From positions 64,794 to 128,793 of the forward strand of contig JAUCBJ010002777.1 in NCBI GenBank assembly GCA_032718475.1: a stretch of DNA of 64,000 bases, given 5' to 3'. Position numbers and translations under genes: made by a program. Below the pieces are notes generated by a model. It saw only the letters and a list, made by a program, of their open reading frames with translations, was not told the origin of the DNA and searched no databases. This DNA comes from Nemertoderma westbladi (taxonomy: Eukaryota > Animalia > Xenacoelomorpha). Positions 54,701-64,000 of this stretch are shown in pieces (within the stretch, counting starts at the first letter, position 1; each line of letters begins with the position of its first letter).

Positions 54701-57700
54701 CACTCACACAGATACTTTACACTGCCCCCACTTCGAGGCTTTATTTGCACTCACACAGATACTTTACACTGCCCCCACTTCGAGGCTTTATTTGCACTCA
54801 CACAGATACTTTACACTGCCCCCACTTCGAGGCTTTATTTGCACTCACACAGATACTTTACACTGCCCCCACTTCGAGGCTTTATTTGCACTCACACAGA
54901 TACTTTACACTGCCCCCACTTCGAGGCTTTATTTGCACTCACACAGATACTTTACACTGCCCCCACTTCGAGGCTTTATTTGCACTCACACAGATACTTT
55001 ACACTGCCCCCACTTCGAGGCTTTATTTGCACTCACACAGATACTTTACACTGCCCAACCCTCGAGACTTTATTTGCACTCCCACAGATACTTTACACGA
55101 ACCCCCTTCGATCGAGGCTTTATTTGCACTCACACAGATACTTTACACTGTACTCACGGCAACGCTTTATTTGCACTCACACAGATACTTTACACTGTAC
55201 TCACGGCAACGCTTTATTTGCACTCACACAGATACTTTACACTGTACTCACGGCAACGCTTTATTTGCACTCACACAGATACTTTACACTGCCCCCACTT
55301 CGAGGCTTTATTTACACTCACACAGATACTTTACACTGCCCCCACTTCGAGGCTTTATTTGCACTCACACAGATACTTTACACTGAACCCACTTCGAGGC
55401 TTTATTTGCACTCACACAGATACTTTACACTGCCCCCACTTCGAGGCTTTATTTGCACTCACACAGATACTTTACACTGCCCCCACTTCGAGGCTTTATT
55501 TGCACTCACACAGATACTTTACACGAACCCCCTTCGATCGAGGCTTTATTTGCACTCACACAGATACTTTACACTGCCCCCACTTCGAGGCTTTATTTGC
55601 ACTCACACAGATACTTTACACTGTACTCACGGCAACGCTTTATTTGCACTCACACAGATACTTTACACTGCCCCCACTTCGAGGCTTTATTTGCACTCAC
55701 ACAGATACTTTACACTGCCCCCACTTCGAGGCTTTATTTGCACTCACACAGATACTTTACACTGCCCCCACTTCGAGACTTTATTTGCACTCACACAGAT
55801 ACTTTACACTGCCCCCACTTCGTGGCTTTATTTGCACTCACACAGATACTTTACTCTGCCCCCACTTCGAGGCTTTATTTGCACTCACACAGATACTTTA
55901 CACTGCCCCCACTTCGAGACTTTATTTGCACTCACACAGATACTTTACACTGCCCCCACTTCGTGGCTTTATTTGCACTCACACAGATACTTTACTCTGC
56001 CCCCACTTCGAGACTTTATTTGCACTCACACAGATACTTTACACTGCCCCCACTTCGTGGCTTTATTTGCACTCACACAGATACTTTACTCTGCCCCCAC
56101 TTCGAGGCTTTATTTACACTCACACAGATACTTTACACGAACCCCCTTCGAGGCTTTATTTACACTCACACAGACACTTTACACGAACCCCCTTCGAGGC
56201 TTTATTTACACTCACACAGATACTTTACACGAACCCCCTTCGAGGCTTTATTTACACTCACACAGATACTTTACACGAACCCCCTTCGATCGAGGCTTTA
56301 TTTGCACTCACACAGATACTTTACACTGCCCCCACTTCGAGGCTTTATTTGCACTCACACAGATACTTTACACTGCCCCCACTTCGAGGCTTTATTTGCA
56401 CTCACACAGATACTTTACACTGCCCCCACTTCGAGGCTTTATTTACACTCACACAGAAACTTTACACGAACCCCCTTCGATCGAGGCTTTATTTGCACTC
56501 ACACAGATACTTTACACTGCCCCCACTTCGAGGCTTTATTTGCACTCACACAGATACTTTACACTGCCCCCACTTCGAGACTTTATTTGCACTCACACAG
56601 ATACTTTACACTGCCCCCACTTCGTGGCTTTATTTGCACTCACACAGATACTTTACACTGCCCCCACTTCGAGGCTTTATTTGCACTCACACAGATACTT
56701 TACACTGCCCCCACTTCGAGACTTTATTTGCACTCACACAGATACTTTACACTGCCCCCACTTCGAGGCTTTATTTGCACTCACACAGATACTTTACTCT
56801 GCCCCCACTTCGAGGCTTTATTTGCACTCACACAGATACTTTACTCTGCCCCCCACTTCGAGGCTTTATTTGCACTGACACAGATACTTTACACTGCCCC
56901 CACTTCGAGGCTTTATTTGCACTCACACAGATACTTTACACGAACCCCCTTCGATCGAGGCTTTATTTGCACTCACACAGATACTTTACTCTGCCCCCAC
57001 TTCGAGGCTTTATTTGCACTCACACAGATACTTTACACGAACCCCCTTCGATCGAGGCTTTATTTGCACTCACACAGATACTTTACTCTGCCCCCCACTT
57101 CGTGGCTTTATTTGCACTCACACAGATACTTTACTCTGCCCCCCACTTCGAGGCTTTATTTGCACTCACACAGATACTTTACTCTGCCCCCCACTTCGAG
57201 GCTTTATTTGCACTCACACAGATACTTTACTCTGCCCCCCACTTCGAGGCTTTATTTGCACTCACACAGATACTTTACACGAACCCCCTTCGATCGAGGC
57301 TTTATTTGCACTCACACAGATACTTTACACTGCCCCAACTTCGAGGCTTTATTTGCACTCACACAGATACTTTACACTGCCCCCACTTCGAGGCTTTATT
57401 TGCACTCACACAGATACTTTACTCTGCCCCCCACTTCGAGGCTTTATTTGCACTCACACAGATACTTTACTCTGCCCCCCACTTCGAGGCTTTATTTGCA
57501 CTCACACAGATACTTTACTCTGCCCCCCACTTCGAGGCTTTATTTGCACTCACACAGATACTTTACACGAACCCCCTTCGATCGAGGCTTTATTTGCACT
57601 CACACAGATACTTTACACTGCCCCCACTTCGAGGCTTTATTTGCACTCACACAGATACTTTACACTGCCCCCACTTCGAGGCTTTATTTGCACTCACACA

Positions 57701-60700
57701 GATACTTTACACTGCCCCCACTTCGTGGCTTTATTTGCACTCACACAGATACTTTACACTGCCCCCACTTCGTGGCTTTATTTGCACTCACACAGATACT
57801 TTACTCTGCCCCAACTTCGAGGCTTTATTTGCACTCACACAGATACTTTACACGAACCCCCTTCGATCGAGGCTTTATTTACACTCACACAGATACTTTA
57901 CATGCCCCCACTTCGTGGCTTTATTTGCACTCACACAGATACTTTACTCTGCCCCCCACTTCGAGGCTTTATTTGCACTCACACAGATACTTTACACGAA
58001 CCCCCTTCGATCGAGGCTTTATTTGCACTCACACAGATACTTTACACTGCCCCCACTTCGAGGCTTTATTTGCACTCACACAGATACTTTACACTGCCCC
58101 CACTTCGAGGCTTTATTTGCACTCACACAGATACTTTACACTGCCCCCACTTCGAGGCTTTATTTGCACTCACACAGATACTTTACACTGCCCCCACTTC
58201 GAGACTTTATTTGCACTCACACAGATACTTTACTCTGCCCCCACTTCGAGGCTTTATTTGCACTCACACAGATACTTTACACGAACCCCCTTCGATCGAG
58301 GCTTTATTTGCACTCACACAGATACTTTACACGAACCCCCTTCGATCGAGGCTTTATTTGCACTCACACAGATACTTTACACTGCCCCCACTTCGAGGCT
58401 TTATTTGCACTCACACAGATACTTTACTCTGCCCCAACTTCGAGGCTTTATTTGCACTCACACAGATACTTTACACTGCCCCCACTTCGTGGCTTTATTT
58501 GCACTCACACAGATACTTTACACTGCCCCCACTTCGTGGCTTTATTTGCACTCACACAGATACTTTACTCTGCCCCAACTTCGAGGCTTTATTTGCACTC
58601 ACACAGATACTTTACACGAACCCCCTTCGATCGAGGCTTTATTTGCACTCACACAGATACTTTACACTGCCCCCACTTCGAGGCTTTATTTGCACTCACA
58701 CAGATACTTTACACGAACCCCCTTCGATCGAGGCTTTATTTGCACTCACACAGATACTTTACACTGCCCCCACTTCGAGGCTTTATTTGCACTCACACAG
58801 ATACTTTACACTGCCCCCACTTCGAGACTTTATTTGCACTCACACAGATACTTTACTCTGCCCCAACTTCGAGGCTTTATTTGCACTCACACAGATACTT
58901 TACACTGCCCCCACTTCGTGGCTTTATTTGCACTCACACAGATACTTTACACTGCCCCCACTTCGAGGCTTTATTTGCACTCACACAGATACTTTACACG
59001 AACCCCCTTCGATCGAGGCTTTATTTGCACTCACACAGATACTTTACACTGCCCCCACTTCGAGGCTTTATTTGCACTCACACAGATACTTTACACTGCC
59101 CCCACTTCGAGACTTTATTTGCACTCACACAGATACTTTACACTGCCCCCACTTCGAGACTTTATTTGCACTCACACAGATACTTTACTCTGCCCCAACT
59201 TCGAGGCTTTATTTGCACTCACACAGATACTTTACTCTGCCCCAACTTCGAGGCTTTATTTGCACTCACACAGATACTTTACTCTGCCCCAACTTCGAGG
59301 CTTTATTTGCACTCACACAGATACTTTACACTGCCCCCACTTCGAGGCTTTATTTGCACTCACACAGATACTTTACACTGCCCCCACTTCGAGACTTTAT
59401 TTGCACTCACACAGATACTTTACTCTGCCCCAACTTCGAGGCTTTATTTGCACTCACACAGATACTTTACACGAACCCCCTTCGATCGAGGCTTTATTTG
59501 CACTCACACAGATACTTTACACTGCCCCCACTTCGAGGCTTTATTTGCACTCACACAGATACTTTACACGAACCCCCTTCGATCGAGGCTTTATTTGCAC
59601 TCACACAGATACTTTACACTGCCCCCACTTCGAGGCTTTATTTGCACTCACACAGATACTTTACACGAACCCCCTTCGATCGAGGCTTTATTTGCACTCA
59701 CACAGATACTTTACACTGCCCCCACTTCGAGGCTTTATTTGCACTCACACAGATACTTTACACTGCCCCCACTTCGAGACTTTATTTGCACTCACACAGA
59801 TACTTTACTCTGCCCCAACTTCGAGGCTTTATTTGCACTCACACAGATACTTTACACTGCCCCCACTTCGTGGCTTTATTTGCACTCACACAGATACTTT
59901 ACACTGCCCCCACTTCGAGGCTTTATTTGCACTCACACAGATACTTTACACGAACCCCCTTCGATCGAGGCTTTATTTGCACTCACACAGATACTTTACA
60001 CTGCCCCCACTTCGAGGCTTTATTTGCACTCACACAGATACTTTACACTGCCCCCACTTCGAGACTTTATTTGCACTCACACAGATACTTTACTCTGCCC
60101 CAACTTCGAGGCTTTATTTGCACTCACACAGATACTTTACACTGCCCCCACTTCGTGGCTTTATTTGCACTCACACAGATACTTTACACTGCCCCCACTT
60201 CGTGGCTTTATTTGCACTCACACAGATACTTTACTCTGCCCCAACTTCGAGGCTTTATTTGCACTCACACAGATACTTTACACTGCCCCCACTTCGAGGC
60301 TTTATTTGCACTCACACAGATACTTTACACTGCCCCCACTTCTATGCTTTATTTGCACTCACACAGATACTTTACACTGCCCCCACTTCGTGGCTTTATT
60401 TGCACTCACACAGATACTTTACTCTGCCCCAACTTCGAGGCTTTATTTGCACTCACACAGATACTTTACACTGCCCCCACTTCGAGGCTTTATTTGCACT
60501 CACACAGATACTTTACACTGCCCCCACTTCGAGGCTTTATTTACACTCACACAGATACTCTACACGAACCCACTTCGATCGAGGCTTTATTTACACTCAC
60601 ACAGATACTTTACTCTGCCCCCCACTTCGAGGCTTTATTTGCACTCACACAGATACTTTACACGAACCCCCTTCGATCGAGGCTTTATTTACACTCACAC

Positions 60701-61561
60701 AGATACTTTACATGCCCCCACTTCGTGGCTTTATTTGCACTCACACAGATACTTTACTCTGCCCCCCACTTCGAGGCTTTATTTGCACTCACACAGATAC
60801 TTTACACGAACCCCCTTCGATCGAGGCTTTATTTGCACTCACACAGATACTTTACACTGCCCCCACTTCGAGGCTTTATTTGCACTCACACAGATACTTT
60901 ACACTGCCCCCACTTCGAGACTTTATTTGCACTCACACAGATACTTTACTCTGCCCCCACTTCGAGGCTTTATTTGCACTCACACAGATACTTTACACGA
61001 ACCCCCTTCGATCGAGGCTTTATTTGCACTCACACAGATACTTTACTCTGCCCCCACTTCGAGGCTTTATTTGCACTCACATAGATACTTTACACGAACC
61101 CCCTTCGATCGAGGCTTTATTTGCACTCACACAGATACTTTACACTGCCCCCACTTCGAGACTTTATTTGCACTCACACAGATACTTTACACTGCCCCCA
61201 CTTCGAGGCTTTATTTACACTCACACAGATACTCTACACGAACCCACTTCGATCGAGGCTTTATTTACACTCACACAGATACTTTACTCTGCCCCCCACT
61301 TCGAGGCTTTATTTGCACTCACACAGATACTTTACACGAACCCCCTTCGATCGAGGCTTTATTTACACTCACACAGATACTTTACATGCCCCCACTTCGT
61401 GGCTTTATTTGCACTCACACAGATACTTTACTCTGCCCCCCACTTCGAGGCTTTATTTGCACTCACACAGATACTTTACACGAACCCCCTTCGATCGAGG
61501 CTTTATTTGCACTCACACAGATACTTTACACTGCCCCCACTTCGAGGCTTTATTTGCACTC
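9736..61561. repeat. Array 2: ~52-kb satellite, 47-bp consensus GCTTTATTTGCACTCACACAGATACTTTACACTGCCCCCACTTCGAG with 46/48/50/51-bp variants
   Basis: Uninterrupted head-to-tail monomers. Constant part gctttatttgcactcacacagatacttt(aca). Cassettes: A ctgcccccacttcgag (47-bp monomer), B cgaacccccttcgatcgag (50), C ctgtactcacggcaac (47), D ccctttccccacttcgag (46), E ctgccccaacttcgag (47). I saw no foreign insertion. Confidence 0.99.
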
Positions 61562-61908
61562 TGTAATGGTAGAGCGTCTATGAATCTCAGATCCAATTTA
61601 TATTTATACATTACACACCAATTATGTTCAGTAACAATGCCAATATATTACGGTACACTCTATTCGACATACCTATTCAGCAGAAGCCGTCCTCTGATTG
61701 GCCTTGCATCAGATTATTAATGCCGTTATTATTACAGCCAATTATGTTGCTCAGTTCCTTATGGTAATAAGTAATTATAGAGGTCAACTCTTATACTATA
61801 TAATAGCAGTAACAACAATTTATTTGCACTCTCTCCTTGTTATTCAGTTGACTCTGTTGGTAGCTTTAATTAGTTTTGGAGGGATGGTAATTTACTCCTA
61901 TTTGTTAC

Positions 61909-61935
61909 CAGGTTCAGGTTCAGGTTCAGGTTCAG
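61909..61935. repeat. (CAGGTT)4.5 microsatellite
   Basis: Direct reading. (AACCTG)n on the minus strand resembles LINE/SINE 3' tails, but no element body was recognised. Confidence 0.9.
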
Positions 61936-63244
61936 ACAGTTAAATTACAAATTATCATTTACACTTGTGCTATTAAAATCTTACAATTACAACGTATTTT
62001 ACAGTCAGACATAATATTTACATCCCTCTATTGTTTATTATTTCAAGTATTACGTAGTCCAATGTGGCCGTATTATCTAGTTAAGTTAAGTTTTATGCTG
62101 TAATATTTATTTGTGTGCGGATCTTCTCATAGACGCAAGGCCTACAGTGCAGTGCAATTCAGGAGGAACGGGTGGTAGCGTCCGGACGAATTATTTGTTG
62201 GTAAGTGTATATCAATATTACAAATTACGTAACCCTTTGTTTCAATCAATACTAAATATACAACATATTATATTCTTTGATATTGATGTTATTGTCCACC
62301 TGCGTAAGCAAAGGGGGAAGTAATTGCCATCCTGTCCGTAGCTATTGATGTACCCTGTACCCTTCTGCCCATTCTCCTCGGGAAAACAAGGGCCACTGGG
62401 AAGGGCCTTTGTTGGATTAGAAGTGTGTGGTAGCCGACGGACGTAAAGTAACGGGTTACTACGCTAGCGGTTGCTAGAGTGGCTGTGGCATTTCGGTGGC
62501 CGGCGTTATCTTTCACATTAAGGCAGTGGGGATAGACGCATGCAGCGGGGGTCCCATACAGTAACAAATAGGAATATTTTGACTGAATCAGAAGGGTACC
62601 GGTACAATACTGTAGACCATAATTATTATTTTACAGCTATCGATTATTACATTGCAGGTATTTTGGCTGGAAATAACTAAAGTTTAATTATACATCAATT
62701 TTTTTTCAGTTTTGTTTTTTCAAAATTATTCCGAATTTTTTTTTTGTCAAAATTTTGTTATCCCAGTAACACAATATTTAATACGGAAGCACCACGGCTG
62801 CAGCTTGAGTCGACGCGATCTGCAGCAGTTGGACCAACAGTATTAAACAAATAAAAAAAAAACTAAATAAATTTTGCATATTCACAAAAACCCCCTAATC
62901 TGCAGTTAGCCGGTTTTTGCGTGAGGGTTTATAAGTTACCGGCAGAGTCAACTGTGTGAGAGAGTCCTTTGTCCCATAGCGTCCTACCGTGGGGTAAGTA
63001 TACAGTAAGTTCAATTTAGAGCATTCATCTCATCATTCACTATTTTTTTGTATTTGTTTCTTTGCATTTATTTTCTCATTTCGCCCTATTGTCTCGTAAC
63101 ATACAGTATGATACACTATTCTGTACTATTTGTGTATGATTTACTTCCCGTAAGCTCGGTACTGTAAGCTCGTATTGAATATACTGTATAGCTGTATATA
63201 GTAAGTACGCCTATATGCAGTATAACTTTATATACTACATTTTC

Positions 63245-63462
63245 TATGTACTGAACTTCCGCTAAGGTAAACGCGGTATAGTATTACAAGTACAGTATAA
63301 CTTTATGTACTAAACTTCCGCTAAGGTAAACGCGGTATAGTATTACAAGTACAGTATAACTTTATGTACTGAACTTCCGCTAAGATAGACGCGGTATAGT
63401 AGTACAAGTACAGTATAACTTTATGTACTAAATTTTCCGCTAAGTTAGACGCGGTACAGTAT
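63245..63462. repeat. 59-bp minisatellite, ~3.7 copies
   Basis: Unit tatgtact(g/a)aacttccgctaaggtaaacgcggtatagtattacaagtacagtataactt; tacagta anchors at 63291, 63350 and 63409 give a period of 59. Confidence 0.95.
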
Positions 63463-63656
63463 ACACTTTATATGCTATTTTTATAAGCTAAGGTTGACGT
63501 AAAGTAGTTTATACTGCAGCAGCGCCAGCGAAGTAAAGGTATACATTCCGGTATAAATCCAGCAATACTAGGCGTACTTTATTTTATTATACAGTATACT
63601 GTTAGTGTAACTGTTAATTATTCTTTCACTCAACTCAACTAATTGTATATTTTTCT

Positions 63657-63674
63657 TATATATATATATATATA
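63657..63674. repeat. (TA)9 microsatellite
   Basis: Direct reading. Confidence 0.9.
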
Positions 63675-63783
63675 CTTTCTGTATTTTTAAATTTGAATAA
63701 TTATTGTAACTTTATTGTCACACTTTATTATTTACATTTCTTTCATTGGCTTGTTTACATTTCTCCATCGATAAGGTTTGATT

Positions 63784-64000
63784 ATGTCTCATCATAACCT
63801 ATCTAGTAGTAGTAAATCAGGCATCTCTGAGATACAGAGAACCGTTATGCCAGTAGATCCTGGTAGTGGTAATAGTGACCAAGGATCTTTGGGAAACGGA
63901 ACTGACAATGACAGACCGACATCAATGGACGAATACCAATCTGCAACGTCTGCTCTCAACTCACGTCAATCAGTTCAGCCCACACTTCCATCTCCTATTT
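63784..64000 (+). CDS. Probable coding exon, truncated by the window end; Ser/Gly/Asp-rich N-terminus of an unknown protein
   Basis: ATG at 63784 opens 72 stop-free codons to the edge (MSHHNLSSSSKSGISEIQRTVMPVDPGSGNSDQGSLGNGTDNDRPTSMDEYQSATSALNSRQSVQPTLPSPI...). Composition shifts abruptly from AT-rich to balanced, and an acceptor-like tract lies upstream. It is absent from the ORF track, presumably because it has no stop. Could be a host gene or a transposon ORF. Confidence 0.55.
   Translation, partial: MSHHNLSSSSKSGISEIQRTVMPVDPGSGNSDQGSLGNGTDNDRPTSMDEYQSATSALNSRQSVQPTLPSPI

Larger units (their letters stand above)
62994..63775 (+). other. Putative spliceosomal intron in the 5' UTR of the downstream gene
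   Basis: Consensus donor GG|GTAAGT at 62994. AT-rich interior with a minisatellite and (TA)9. Pyrimidine-rich tract ending ...ttctccatcgataAG at 63775, shortly before the ATG at 63784. AAG is a less common acceptor, and alternative GTAAGT sites exist at 63005 and 63201. Confidence 0.35.

Noticed and set aside
9736-61561. CRISPR array
   Set aside because: The 'spacers' are only 16-20 bp, are drawn from a handful of mostly related sequences reused many times, and no cas genes or leader are present. The context is eukaryotic.
9676-61720. Giant + strand ORFs (up to 5441 aa) of repeated HSHRYFTLPPLRGFICTHTDTLHCPHFEALFALTQILYTAPTSRLYL
   Set aside because: The monomer has no TAA/TAG/TGA on +, so all three frames are open at once and cycle through the same peptide. 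Unit lengths of 46/47/50 are not multiples of 3, indels ignore frame, and the starts are mostly TTG/GTG. This is a repeat artefact.
61698-62567. ORFs 61698..61943, 62111..62323 and 62289..62567
   Set aside because: They have non-ATG starts and no recognisable motifs, and the GSGSGS stretch comes from the (CAGGTT)n microsatellite. The GC-richer 62290-62560 stretch might be an exon or TE fragment, but I cannot support a call.

Overview
Eukaryotic-looking DNA (probably an invertebrate animal; inferred from AT-rich flanks, a LINE relic, a TTAGGG-type motif and splice signals). About 91% of the window is two directly abutting tandem arrays. Array 1 (3345-9726) is G-rich on +, built from a 25-bp monomer with 33-bp and 53-bp derivatives. 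Its minus strand reads like the 3' half of a tRNA (AACCCGG-AGGTC-ACCAG-TTCGATC-CC), so nearly every unit carries a Pol III B-box-like motif. Array 2 (9736-61561, ~52 kb, roughly 1,080 monomers by length estimate) is C-rich on +. Its monomers are 46-51 bp: a near-invariant ~31-bp part plus one of a few alternative cassettes, arranged in regional domains and higher-order duplications. The huge ORFs in the ORF track are artefacts of stop-free repeat strands, and array 2 is not a CRISPR. The left flank holds transposon debris: an RTE-like LINE fragment frameshifted by a Tc1/mariner-type footprint, a possible Helentron-associated element end, and a foldback segment. The right flank holds micro/minisatellites and probably the start of a spliced gene whose ORF runs off the window end. 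I cannot demonstrate a new biological system. The best leads are the tRNA/B-box-derived array next to the large satellite and the cassette architecture of that satellite. All counts are manual estimates; no database search was run.
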